A stretch of DNA of 64,000 nt from Octopus sinensis (Eukaryota): assembly GCF_006345805.1 (NCBI RefSeq), contig NC_042999.1, forward strand, positions 31,062,001 to 31,126,000. Reading direction: 5' to 3'. Under the pieces are notes generated by a model, which was not told where the DNA came from, did no database searches, and was given only the letters and a program-made list of their open reading frames with translations. The position numbers were made by a program, and so were the translations under genes. This document shows, one piece after another, positions 25,584-39,500 of the stretch (position 1 is the first letter of the stretch; every line of letters starts with the position of its first letter).

Positions 25584-28500
25584 TGAGTATACCTGTAACG
25601 ATAATGCTATGATAAAATAAAATTATATAGATAAATAAATTGATGAAGCCATACATACATACTGTACATATTACAAGTTTCCCTGTTTTCCGAAGGGACT
25701 GAAAAATGGCAAATTTTTATACTCTACTGAAAATATGTTCTACAGTTTTCCCTGGAGTCGTGAATCAATAACAATTTCAGGGATAAGCATTGCGCTAGAA
25801 CTTGATGGGCTGAACACCCGCAAGTTTGCTATCTCTATCCCCATTGGGGACTATTTCACCACTTCCCTCATATCGTTGCGAAAGCTAATCATTAATTCTT
25901 TGTTTATTATTATATTGAAAATATCAAACTAACTGATACGTTTCTAATTTTATACATTTAATCGAATATGTACGGATCGAAAGAAAAATGGCTAATGGTT
26001 TTGACAATTATATTTGCCATGAGCCCAGGGAAAGATACAGACGTGTTCGAACACTGTAGCAAGAATTAGCGTTATAAAGAGGTTTCTAAGTGATAAGTTT
26101 CGTATTTGTTTTTGTTTCAATATCATGTAAACAATATTTATCTACATTAATCTTCACATTACTGCTATTATCACAAGATTTGTTCTGTAATTTAGTTGGA
26201 AAAAGATTATTCAGAAGATGGCCAAAGACAGAGGTATTTACTAGCTTTTCGCGGGTTGTAAGTTTAATGCGTTTGAAGTATGTCTTCAAAGTCTGAAGTT
26301 AGGGAGGAGAAGAAAAATCCGGAAGATTGACGTTTTAAGGAAACTGGCTGAATAAATTATCTGGATTAATATCCAAGTGGCGAAAAGAATAGTTATGATG
26401 TTGGTTTATATGTGTTGGAAGGTTATGTAGTTACATATTTCCAGAGGTCTAAAGTAATTTTATTTTCAGTCATTCGATTAGTTCGGTCGATTCTGAAGAA
26501 TTTTGGAAATCTAGGCGAGCGTGTTATTATTACTGTTTTTACACCAAGTCTGCAATGACAGAAGCAATCTCCGATGAAAGACATTCCTATGATATTTGTA
26601 GACATTGCGCATCTAGAACTATATTATTCGATGTGTTCTTATTCTACAAGACGTTATGGTAAATGTGACCTGACGAATAATTATATGCTATTGTGCAAAG
26701 CAGTAGTCGTCATCATGTACCGCTACGCTTGTAGCCCGTTGATGGCACTTCAATGAAAGGCTTCTAGATTAAGTGCCAGTTGTCCCTTTGGATGGAGCCA
26801 TTGTATCACTTTGTTCCGACATTCGCATGATGTTTTCATGAAAGAAATATTGTGTTGGTTTGCCATCACCTTCCCCAAGTGGAATGCCGTTGGCCTACTA
26901 GGGCTCACCTGTCATTTGAGAGGTCTCGTTTTTAATCATGCTGGGTACGTCACCCTTCTCCCAAGAAAGTCGATTGATTGGCGGAAAAACTGGCTCCCCC
27001 ACTTCAGCTGCACTGGAAATACCATAACCAATGAAGGTAATCTGATACGTGATTATTGTAGTTGAAAATTATATACAGAATATCAAATAATCACGTAGTG
27101 GCTTTTTAACTGGTTCGTAATTTTCTTGTTGGTTTTGGTGAAACTCCTTTGGAGTAGCCATATTATGAAAGATATTACAACAGTAACATCTCTCTTCTCA
27201 TGTATTTTGTATTTACGATTATGTAATACCAGAAGCCTTATCTCATTTTTAACATTGTAAGTTGTAGTTTGAGAGAGACTTCATTGTTATTTCTATCAAG
27301 TTGAGCTTCATTAGGACTAGACTTCGCCTAATCTAAATGTGTGTTTGAAAGATGACTGAAAGGGACAATATTATATGGAAGAATAATGCATCATTTGGTT
27401 GGGAATGAATGTTTCTGTTAGTTATATCAATAATAAAATGAAAATTAGTGAGCAGATAGAATGGGTCTCTAAGAGAATAGAACATAATTTTCAAATCACA
27501 AATAATATGAGAAGAGTGTAGCAGTAAAGAGACACAGAAAAGGATATAAGGCCTTTCTGTAGGTGAGTGGTTGTAATGTTGCTGTGAGTAGAAAATTGCT
27601 TAAGAACGATTTAATTATTTCTTGGATATCGTCCAGAATATGTTTGTCTTTGTGAAAACTGTATTGTCTCGAATGTAGAACTTTAAATTACCTACATCAT
27701 TCTATTTATCCTAATTGATAACACCACATTGAAAAACAGTTGTTTTGGTAAAAGATTTGATACAAATTCCTTCGTTATCGTTTACGATGCAAAAATGAGA
27801 AACAGTTTATGAAAGAAAAACATCAAGAAAATAGATGCTATTCGTTCTGTATTCATGTTTCAATTATTCTTCATATAATGGTTAAGAATATCTGTCTGCT
27901 GGACATGTTAATATGGCAAACATTAGCAACATCAGTTAAGCTAATTACTATACACACTTATTTATTATGCACACAAATATATAATTATCCCAGCTGTACA
28001 ATTTTGCAATGCTTTTATGTTTTCTCATAAATGCATTGAACAGAGCAACGAAAAATCGAAAAATTTGTTGATTAAAGTTATGTAGAGCCACATAAAAGTC
28101 CAACAAAAATTATATATAATTAATTTCATGCAAAAAATCATTAAATTAATTGAAAGTCTAAAAAAAAAAAATGCAATTTTTTATACAAAGCTATTTCTCA
28201 GATTCTGGCTGAAATTTGTTGTTAATTACAGAAAAGCGTCTTAAACATTTCCTTTTCTTTTAAATCCTGAAAATTTTATTACAAAACTCTGACATCGCTT
28301 CTGGTAACATTCCCTTATCAACAGAATTGGTCAGAAGAATATTGTAACCTAAAGTTACACTCATGTAATCTCAATTATTACATGTCTGAAAATCCTGTAT
28401 AACATTAAGATTTTTTGCAGGAAATATCATTCATCAACTTCAAAACACGTTGGAGGCTAAAAAAGATATATATGAATAATTTACAATGAATCAGTACGGT

Positions 28501-28700
28501 AGTTAAGTTAATTAAACATGACTTGATGAATGTTTACGTTTACAAACGGATAAAATACATAGAGTAAGTTTATTTTATTAGATGCTGGAACTTATACGAT
28601 AGTTACACTAATATTTAGGCTTCTGAATTTTCAAACGATAAATAACATATATATATTACGTTTATATATTTATTGTGCAAGATTTTTTTAATATATATAT

Positions 28701-29024
28701 AGGAGCATTCAGTCGGTTACGACGACGAGGGTCCCAACTGATACGATCAACAGAACAGCTTGCTCGTGAAATTAACGTGCAAATGGCTGAGCACTTCACA
28801 TACACGTGTGCCCTTAACGTAGTTCGCAAGGAGATTTAGCGTGATACAGAGTGTGAACAAGGCGGGCCCGTTTGAAATACAGGTACTACTCATTTTTATT
28901 TTTGCCAGATGAGTGGACTGGAGCAACGTGAAATAAAGTGTCTTGCTCAAGGACACAACGTCAGGAATCGAACCACAACCTTACGATCATGAACCGAATG
29001 CCCTAACCACTAAGCCACGTGCTC

Positions 29025-29026
<2 letters not shown>
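28701..29026 (-). mobile_element. tRNA-derived SINE with GTGTCCTTGAGCAAGACACTT core
   Basis: A-box TGGCTTAGTGG, B-box GGTTCGATTCC, conserved core domain. Confidence 0.8.
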
Positions 29027-29059
<33 letters not shown>

Positions 29060-29064
<5 letters not shown>

Positions 29065-29420
29065 GGAGGTGGCAGGATCGACTTGAAGTGTGTTGAACTT
29101 GCATAAATTAGTGTGTTTGTGGGTTAGAGTCGCTGGAATGTTGGCCACAGAGAAAAGTATTTTGGAGGTGCACAAAGCGAGAGAACTGAGCTGTGATCAA
29201 CAGAGTGAGTGCGGCCGGTGGTGGCTTAGATTACAATGAAAGGAGTATTCACGATGGCTGAAATGGTGGTCTATGAGTTGCGGATGTCTCGAAGTTATGA
29301 TCCTCACTAGAGCCTAGAGAAACAGAGAAAATGATGCACACTTTGATGCAGGTGTGGTGCAAGGAGGTGCAATTTATGTAGGAGAGAGAGTCTGTAGGCG
29401 TGTAATACATTGGAATGGCA
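29060..29420 (-). mobile_element. Possible L2/CR1-like LINE 3' relic
   Basis: Weak similarity of SLLHKLHLLAPHL to the ORF2 C-terminal LxxKxLxGLAPxYL region; heavily degenerate. Confidence 0.35.
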
Positions 29421-29689
29421 AAGGGGAGGAGAATAACTACTAGAAACAGGGTATCTTTGTGATTGTATTCGTCCTCCACCGTCGTGTGACAACTGGAATT
29501 GTTTCAACATCCCGTAACATAACCGTTCGGCAAAATAGATTCGATAGGATAAGTAAGACAAAATAAGTTTCAGGAGTCAATTCGTACGACTAAAATTATT
29601 CTATACATTGTCCCAGCAGGACCATAGTCTAACGACTGAAACACATAAAAGTATATACATATACATCTTTTCCATCCCACCTCTTCTTT

Positions 29690-30130
29690 CCTACAAACGC
29701 GCCCGTAATCTACACAACTTACTATTCCGTAGATTTATCCCTACTTTCGGTATCCAATCTGGCTCCGTCTTTTGCACTCGCCGTTGTTGTCACGCCTCCC
29801 CTGTCCTCTCTAACACCACTGTCTTCTCTGGAACACACCACCGTGCCTTCCTGTCACTAATTATTTCAGATGTACGCCCATCTCAAGCTGTTGTCCCCTC
29901 TTCAAAATTGCCAACGCCTCGCTGACCATTTTGCAGAACATTTATGGGATATAGCACTCAGTTACGACACACTGTTTTGGGGGTACTTCGGCTCGGCTGT
30001 CGTTCCCTTCAACATCTGTTTCTTTTTGGACTATCTTTCCAGAGAGACCTCTTGGAATTTAGTTTCCGTGTGGAGCAGTAATAAGTTTCCTTCTCTCCAG
30101 ACTTCGGTCTCAAAGATCTAAATTTCCAAC
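29690..30130 (+). mobile_element. Penelope-like element, GIY-YIG endonuclease C-terminal relic
   Basis: RRCCHASPVLSNTTVFSGTH then QRLADHFAEHLWDI, matching the PLE Cys linker and RLADRFAEHLRDI motif. Confidence 0.7.
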
Positions 30131-30990
30131 CCCTTTTCTTTTAATCCTACTTTTTCTCTCTTCCAACATGCATGGACACACCGCTCTCACTTACATTCCC
30201 ACAGTCCCGTTAAGAATAACTCTACATACTTACGCCACAAGCACAGCTATGAATTCCAGACACACTAGACGTTTAAGAAGTCTACACATACACTTATACA
30301 ACTTATATACTAACGCACACAAACACGCTCCTCTATGATCTAATTCACACACACTTCAATTACTGTTTAATTAGGATATGTTCGCAATACTATACATATT
30401 GCAAACGTATACGAATTATATAAAATATACCAACTCTTACGCATTTTTATGTCACATTTATTCCACCTAAACATGTTTATTTCATACGATGCTCACAATG
30501 CATACAAACAGTAAGCAAGCATATACTCACACATACATACCCCTGCACATACACATACATTTGGTTTACAGCTCTTCCCATTCGCCACACACATATAAGC
30601 ACGCACACACAGAAACACGTGCCCGCGCACAGATACAAGCCTATTAGCAGTACATGCATACACACACCAACATGCCAGATTCGTAATTATCTCCCTTGCC
30701 ACTCACGTCTAAAACAACTTCACTCCCAATCATTTCAGCTAGCCATGACTGTCGGACACACGTGCATCATTATAATTCGTTCATTTTTCATTCTCGTTTT
30801 TTTTTCTCTTTCTTTCCCTGCCTATCATTTCATTAAAAGAATGAAGACTCGAAATGTGAAAATTATTTCCTTCGCTTCCCCCATTCCCTGAACGTCAGCT
30901 TCATACACCCTGTTTATTTTTTACCTCGTATACATGCTCTATTTTTGGGATCACTTGTTTTTGTAATAATATATATATATATATATATAT

Positions 30991-31493
30991 GCGCAGGAGA
31001 TACCTTGACATTAATCATTACTATCGAATATTGACCTCGAAGAATTCAGGTATTAAGAAAAATATAGGAGAATTCGGGTATTAAGAAAAATATAGGAGTG
31101 GCTGTGTGGTAAGTAGCTTGTTTACCAACCACATGGTTCCGGGTTCAGTCCCACTGCGTGGCACCTTGGACAAGTGTCTTCTACTATAGCCTCGGGCCGA
31201 CCAAAGCCTTGTGAGTGGATTTGGTAGACGGAAACTGAAAGAAGCCCGTCGTATAAATGTATATATATTTATATGTATGTGCGTGTATGTTTGTGTGTCT
31301 GTGTTTGTCCCCCTAGCATTGCTTGACAACCGATGTTGGTGTGTTTACGTCCCCGTCACTTAGCGGTTCGGCAAAAAGCCACCGATAGAATAAGTACTGG
31401 GCTTACAAAGAATAAGTCCCGGGGTCGATTTGCTCAACTGAAGGCGGTGCTCCAGCATGGCCGCAGTCAAATGACTGAAACATGTAAAAGAGT
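30991..31493 (+). mobile_element. SINE family A with about 95-bp insertion in its head
   Basis: GCGCAGGAG at 30991, insert 31000-31093, SINE resumes AGGAGTGGCTGTGTGG at 31094. Confidence 0.88.
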
Positions 31494-33274
31494 ATGCATA
31501 CAGACATGTGTGCCTAAATGTTTACACATATATGCACGTGTTAAATGTATATGTATATATGTGTGCATGTATGTGTGTACATCTTTAACGTTAATAAGAT
31601 ATTGATGATTGTTTCGGCTAATTTGGGCTAATTCTCGAACATTATTTACTTATCCTATTATCACTTGTTTGTGACAGAACGCGTTTATGCTTATATTTTC
31701 ACGTAAGTTGTGGATATCATTATATAAATTGCTTTGTATCACTCTAGGTCTGTCACCTAGTGATAAGATGATAAGAATATTCATTAATTGCCTCAATACT
31801 TTCAATTAACAGCGTGGTTGGTGTCATTTCTTTGCTGTTCACTTCCATTTTAAGCAGCATTATAATAATTTAGTGTTACATTCATTCATAATTAATACGT
31901 TATTGCCATATATTCCTAGGGTGAATGACGTTAGGATTATATGATGTCTGGTAGTCTAGCTATTTCATAGGAGTAACTAAGAAATTTTTGTTAGAACAGT
32001 GAATAATGTATAAACAGACGTATGAAGGACAACATTGCAGTTTCATTGTGCTACCAAGTATTTTTGCTAGAGTTAACGTGGGGCTTTCTGATTATATGTA
32101 GTGTATTTAGTAAAGGAATTGTGCCAACTGGAAACATTTGGGATACATATATACTAGAAAAAAATTGTGATAATAACATTCAATGTTTCTAATGTTAATG
32201 TCCTGCTTCAATATCTGTTTTTTTCTTAATGGTAGGCCATTCAACCCAGATTTGAGTGCCCAAGTAAGAGTAAGAAGCAAATATTCATTTAATATGAGGC
32301 ATTGAATTTTCGAAAATACAGGCTATCTAAAGGATTTCGTTTTCATTGCACCTGTTAAAATGTTTGGTTCTTCAACTCAAGGCTGTTAATTTACGCAAAA
32401 CAGTATCTTTGATTTCTCGACCTACGGCGCCATTTCAGAATAGTTACATTCTGATATATGATACAAGGTTTCATATATCGGAATGTGCGAGGGAAGCTCT
32501 AAATTTTCAGGCTCAAACAAAATGTACACCTATTGATATGGAGAAAAAAGATTAGCATTATTTAGTATCGTATATTTTGAAAGATCAGCATGTCTAGAAT
32601 CTTCGTATTATTTTTATCAACTGCTATACAAAAAGGAGCGCCTCTGACAAAATTACCATGACTTCTATAAAGAGGAAATTTATTCCATCTTTAACAAAAC
32701 AGCTAACACTTTAACAATGTTGTCCGAGTTAATCCCTACATGCTGACATGAGAACCAATTCTAACTTTCGAAACGTAACCCAACTACTAAACCAGATGAA
32801 ACTTCATTACGTGAGCGATAAGAATTTGTCTTATATCATCGTATAGGCAAGAAAAATCGGATACAACATAAACACTGAACTATACAAATAAAATCAGACT
32901 GCAAAAAATATTCGTACCGCGAGTACGTCGTCTATGATACTCTTGAAGTTATAACCTCGCATGTTACAAAGCCACTCATATATTCGAATGAATAGAAACA
33001 CTATGAAAGGAAGGAAGGAATAAACATTTTAAGGTAAATTTGGTTTTGATGTTGTTGTAAAATGCATATTTTGAACCACTCCGTGAAAAAAACTAGGATA
33101 GAAAAAATATATATGAAAAAACAGAGGAAAATATGGCATCTGCCAGAAATAACCTATGTTAAGGAACATGCAATTTAGCATGTGATTAAAGGCAAGATAT
33201 AGTAGGTCTAATAAGTACATCTAATGGTAGTAGTAACAACAGCAATAGCAATAAGAGCAACACAGCTACTACTG

Positions 33275-33310
<36 letters not shown>

Positions 33311-33375
33311 AACCACTACTACTACTATTACAACTACTTCTACAACAACAACAACTACTACTACTATTGTTGATG

Positions 33376-33432
<57 letters not shown>

Positions 33433-34332
33433 GCAATAATGATCTGCATTATTTGCCTGTGCACACATAATCTTGTTCAATTCATGCTAACAATACAGTT
33501 TCTTCATCTTGTCAGTCACTCATATTTTTAGCACATTCAGCTTTATCAAATAATTATTTTCAACCAATCATCTGCGTTAAAATGGTAGTCAATGATTAAT
33601 TTACAATGTGATTTTGATCAACATTTAATTACCAACTCATCTACGCTTTCATATTCTGATTGATGTTACCTTCATATTATGCCATGGGGACATCATTTTA
33701 TTCTTCATAAGATAGATTTGGGATTTCCATTTTCGTATTACTCTTTGTCGGAATATATGTACATATTTGGTAATGTGTGTGTGTTTGCGTGAGTGGCGTG
33801 TCTGTGCACTAATGAGTATGTGTGCATATATTTTTGTATATGTATTTTGTATATTGTTTCAGATTTTTGTTCTATGTTTCTGGATAATTGTTCAAAAAGA
33901 ACGCAAAGACATTTGCTATTTGCAAATAATTCCAATATGGAACAAAAATAGTAAAAAGATTAATAAATAAAAGCTGAATAAAGCAAAAACGGTAAAAAGA
34001 AAGATACGCGTTATATAATATTTAAATCCCACGTTTAATGATAAGGTGATTCAATAATGAAAGTAAATCTTAATTTCCTGGTATCTCAATATGGAGTGAC
34101 AAAAATATATATTTGGATCATCTACAGCAGCTTTACTTTCCGGTTGTCTTGCCGAATAAGAGATTAAAAAATTGCAGAATATATCTTGTAGGAATTGTGC
34201 AGATAGTCTCAGTTAAAAATGAACAAATATTTATATAGAAGCAAATAACTACACGAAGTGTCCAACATTGTTATTAGAAGTGGTAACAATACAAGGGGGG
34301 TGCTGAATAGTTCTTGAGTTCGAGTAAAAGAA

Positions 34333-34757
34333 AAAGCGCAGGAGTGGCTGTGTGGTAAGTAGCTTGCTTACCGACCACATGGTTCCGGGTTCAGTCCCAC
34401 TACGTGGCACCTTGGGCAAGTGTCTTCTACTATAGCCTCGGGCCGACCAAAGCCTTGTAAGTGGATTTGGTAGACGGAAACTGAAAGAAGCCCGTCGTAT
34501 ATATGTACATATATGTATGTGTTTGTATGTGTTTGTATGGCTGTGTTTGCCCCCCCCCCCAACATCACTTGACAACCGATGCTGGTGTGTTTACGTCCCC
34601 GTAACTTAGCGGTTCGGCAAAAGAGACTGATAGAATAAGTACTAGGCTTACAAAGAATAAGTCCTGGGGTCGATTTGCTCGACTAAAGGTGGTGCTCCAG
34701 CATTGCCACAGTCAAATGACTGAAACAAGTAAAAGAGCAAAAGAGAAAAAGAGAGAG
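34333..34757 (+). mobile_element. SINE family A, full length
   Basis: Same head, internal microsatellite and tail as the other family A copies. Confidence 0.9.
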
Positions 34758-35222
34758 TAATTATGAAAGTATTCAACGTATTCCTCGCTCGGATTCACAC
34801 ATTTATTTCAGCGGTGATTCAGTAATTCTAAGCCCTGTAAAAGAACTCGGATATTTGGAGCTCCAGCCAGACGTTTCGCGATACCTTCAAAGCCAGGAAC
34901 ATTTCAGTACATCCTTGTATATGTTGGAATGTGCCAGAACGAACAAAACTAGAGTTCTACCAAAAATTTCAAATATAGCTTTGTTTCAAAAGAAATCTGA
35001 TGCATGAATTTGTTTCTTCTATTTTAACGACACAGCATTGACTATTGCCGAAGGCGGTCACTACAGAACTTCAACAATTATTCTGAATGTATTCAATTAA
35101 GAATAACATATATTGTTTTCTTCCTTTTGAAATGCAAAGATATTAAAAAAGACATAAACTTTAAAACACACAACGTTTTTGTAACAGTAACTATGCACCT
35201 CTGTCCCTCTACCCCACTTCTT

Positions 35223-35343
<121 letters not shown>

Positions 35344-35855
35344 GTGTGTGTGTATATATATATATATATAATATGATTATCAAAACATATATGTATGAAT
35401 ACATACATATAGATATATACATATATATAAATACACACACATACACACATGTATGCATAATATATATATATAATATTATATATATATATATATCAATATA
35501 CCTATGTATTATAAAATAATATATAAATGTAGGAAATAAAACACACAGGTTACGAAAAAAAGTGTCCAAGTTGATTTGAAACTTATATATCTAACATCTT
35601 CGGGTCGACCTTGTTACGGCTATAAACTATCAATTTAACCAACATAAATATTCCTTTAATAAATACTTCGTATGTTATGTGACCTGACAAAGAGACAACT
35701 GTGGCATCATGTATCGGATGCTGGGGTAACCCCAGTAAGATAAAAAACATGATCAATAATGTTATGTATAGCTTCGTCTTTTCCAGTGTTAAAGTTTATA
35801 ATTTATCACTATTACGGTAACATACACGTGTACATATAAATCCACATATACATGC

Positions 35856-35910
<55 letters not shown>

Positions 35911-35916
35911 CATACA

Positions 35917-37189
35917 CAGGGGTTGGGCAAAATAATGGAAACACCTAGCATTATAACATCATAATTTTGAAATATCTATAATACCGTCAAAAGCGTGTTT
36001 ATCTTTTGTGTTTTTTATATATTGTTAGTGTTGCTTAATATGTTTTCCTAAAATTGCTGTTTCTTTTCAGATATCATCAGAAAAAGGTAGTTAAAATTCA
36101 TTACAATGACAGATCGCTCGAACTTTCAGAGAGGTCAAATTGTTAGTGCTCGTATAGGAGGCGCTAGCATACCGAAAACAGCCAAAATATTTGGTGTATC
36201 AAGAAGTACTATCGCGAAGGTAATGACAACCTTTCAGAAAGAGGGAAAAACCTCCTCGTCGAAACAAAACTCGGAAGAAAACTAAAACTTTCAGTTAGGG
36301 ACCGCCGGAATATTTCACGAATTGTTAGAAAGGATCACAAAAGTACAGTTCTTAAATTTCTGCAGAGATTAAATATCACCTCGAGAACCCAGTTTCCACA
36401 AAATCTGTTCGCCAGGAGCTGCAAAAAGTCATATTTCACAGTAGGGCTGCAATCAGAAAATCAAACCTCTACTTTCAAAAACAAAGTTTGAAATGCATTT
36501 AGAAGGGAGTAAAAACCAACAGAATTGGTCCCTAAAGCAGTGGAATACTGTTATTTTCTCGGGCGAGTCATTCTTTACCTTATTTCCGACCACCGGCCGA
36601 GTATAAGCGAGGAGACAGGCAAAGCAAGCATTTGACCCAGACTGCCTTCTTCCAACTGTTAAACATAGAAGCGGACCTGTGATGATCTGGGGAACTATAT
36701 CTTGGAAATACGGTGGCCCAATGGCTTCCCTTCATGGCAGAATTAATAGTCAAGTCTAAGCATTTTCTCTGATCAAATACATTCTATGGTTGCGAAAATG
36801 TTTCAGGAAGGAATCGCAGTCTTTCAGGATGATAATGCACCAATTCACACAGCTAAAGTTGTTACTGAATAGCACGAGTAACATTCTAGCTAAGTTGAAC
36901 ATCTTATCTGGCCACCACACTCCCCAGATCCCAACATTATTGAACATTTATGGTGCATTTTCGAAAAAACAATTAAGGTGTCGATAACATACGCCATCAG
37001 TACTACAAGATCTGGAGACTGTTTTAGCTGAAGAATGGACAAAACTTCCTTTAGAAACAATTCAAATTTTGTACTAGTCCATATATCGTAGAATTCAAGT
37101 TATAATTACTGCTATAGGCGGTCCAAAGACATATTAAAATAAATTTGTTTGAAATTTTAAGGTATTTCCACTATTTTGTCCAACCTCTC
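35917..37189 (+). mobile_element. Full-length but inactivated Tc1-like transposon, DD36E type
   Basis: TIRs CAGGGGTTGGGCAAAATAATGGAAACACCT and AGGTATTTCCACTATTTTGTCCAACC. Transposase from ATG 36105 (MTDRSNFQRGQIV...), VMIWG, FQDDNAPIH...WPPHSPDPNIIEHLW, with stops and frameshifts; 36 codons between D and E. Confidence 0.9.
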
Positions 37190-37446
37190 TCTTTTTGTAT
37201 ATATATGTATATATATATGTACATATATACACATGTATATACATATTTGTATATTTATACATATGAATACATGAATATACTTATATATATACACAAACAT
37301 ATATATGTCTATCATTATATCTATACGTATATATATATGTATGTATATATATATATATATACATATATATACTTATGTATACATATATAGGCATATATAT
37401 ACATATATACATATATATACATGTATTTACACATACACACACACAG

Positions 37447-37518
<72 letters not shown>

Positions 37519-37544
37519 CACATACACACACACACTCATATATC

Positions 37545-37800
37545 CGCTGCCTCCGAAGTATGCAATGGGTTCCCGAGGTACTCAAGAAGCCCGGCAATAA
37601 TTTTTGGAGCTGTACTTTTGTGATCCTTTCTAACAAGTCGCGTACCTGAATGTTTTGGTTTTCTTCCGGAGTTTTGTTTCGACGAGGAGAATTTACTCTC
37701 TTTCTGAAAGGCTCTCAATACTTTCAAGACAGTGCCACTTCATACAGCAAACATTTTTACCTCTTTCTTTCATTGTAACATTTTTAGCATCATGCCAATC
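37545..37800 (-). mobile_element. Inverted 5' fragment of the same Tc1-like family
   Basis: ORF 37536-37727 FQKESKFSSSKQNSGRKPK...[13 protein letters not shown] matches 36230-36400. Confidence 0.8.
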
Positions 37801-38597
37801 TCTATGAAAACACCCTGTTAATGTCTACGAAGAAATAGTGTCGCTCATCTTAGACTGGGATATATCTCACAGGAAGTAGTCAGTCATGCATCCAATTTTA
37901 AGCAAACAAGCTTGCTACTAGTATATGGTGTAGTCTGTCTCGGTTTTCAATCTCTCAAGTTTATATATATATATCATTACTTGTCTTTCATAACACATCT
38001 TTCGTAGGAATCTTTAATACTAGTGTTGTTGTAAATTGCTTTTCTCAAGAAGTATCATGATGAAAGATTTAATCCAGAATTTGCCGTTCACCAGTGTGCC
38101 AGAAGTTATTGCAAGGTGCTTCAATATTGTTCATTGTAGCTCCTTAATTAGCAGTACAGCAGACTTATTGTATGCTCCTATTGATTTTCCATATTTCAGG
38201 GACATTAAAATGACTTTAACTTCATCACGCATAATTTGATAGTCATTGCAATTTAAAGATTCTCGTACGTTCATCACTGTTGAATCTCCAATAAGCTGGC
38301 AACTGTATACTTCTGAACAGTAATCTGTTCACCTTTTCATTATTTTTCTTCTCTATGTTATGATCAACATTTAAGATACTGTTTACTAATACTTTGTTTT
38401 CTTTTAGTAGATGGAAAGCATTTTTGGGTTATTCCTAGAAAGGCAGTCTTCAATATCCTCACACTGTTTATTTACCTATCTTGGCTTTGCTTTCCTCATT
38501 TCCTTCTTAATTTCCTCGTTGAATGCCTTCTATATATTCTGCTATGTAATCTTATGCATTTAAAGAACAATATACACGATACATACGTACACACACG

Positions 38598-38670
<73 letters not shown>

Positions 38671-38723
38671 CGTGTGTGTGTGTCACACATATATATATAT
38701 TTTGTTATCTTACCGTTTTATCA

Positions 38724-38783
<60 letters not shown>

Positions 38784-39030
38784 CAGGTATGTCTATGTAT
38801 GTATATATACTGACACACATCCATGCACACATACACATATGTACATGTGTGTAGCGAGAGAGAGAGATTGAATAATGAAGATAGGGAGAACTTAGATAAC
38901 AATTTTCATTCGGAGCAGTGTGTATTAATGTGATATTATTGTGCAGGATATTGCTAAAACGCTATCTAAAAGGGTTTCACCACATCTTTGCATTTTTTTT
39001 ATCAACATTACAGCAACTCTTTTTAATGTA
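37800..39030 (-). mobile_element. RTE-clade LINE relic (endonuclease to RT linker), split by microsatellites at 38555-38880
   Basis: NITLIHTAPNEN (APE motif); TDYCSEVY...IMRDEVKVILMSLKYGKSIGAYN; CNNFWHTGE; WIKSFIMILLEKSNLQ, collinear with RTE ORF2. Confidence 0.8.
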
Positions 39031-39110
39031 GATACCTTGACGTTAATCATTACTATCGAATATTGACCTCGAAGATTTCAGGTATTAAGATTTCACAAAT
39101 AGAAAAATAT

Positions 39111-39500
39111 AGGAGTGGCTGTGTGGTAAGTAGCTTGTTTACCAAACACATGGTTCCGGGTTCAGTCCCACTGCGTGGCACCTTGGGCAAGTGTCTTCTA
39201 CTATAGCCTCGGGCCGACCAAAGCCTTGTGAGTGGATTTGGTAGACGGAAACTGAAAGAAGCCCATCTTATATATGTATATATATATGTGTATGTGCGTG
39301 TATGTTTGTGTAACTGTGTTTGTCCCCCTAGCATTGCTTGACAACCGATGCTGGTGTGCTTATGTCCGCGTTACCTAGCGGTTCGGCAAAAGAGACCGAT
39401 AGAATAAGTACTGGTCTTATAAAGAATAAGTCCCGGATTCGAGTTGCATGGCCGCAGTCAAAATGACTGAAACAAGTAAAAGGGAGAAAAAGAGAGAAAA
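39111..39500 (+). mobile_element. SINE family A
   Basis: Near-identical to the 31094 copy, including upstream flank. Confidence 0.9.

Noticed and set aside
26000-27330. Moderately complex stretch that might be an old LINE or an exon
   Set aside because: No motif could be recognised in any frame by eye; left unannotated
34883-34955. Phase-0 candidate ending ...FLALK|gtat that could precede VWSDV
   Set aside because: Upstream residues lack the KW/LTY/DL pattern of MMPs and hit a stop; weak donor
38965-39000. QRCG as a possible cysteine-switch motif
   Set aside because: No Pro, no following xxD; the region belongs to the RTE endonuclease relic
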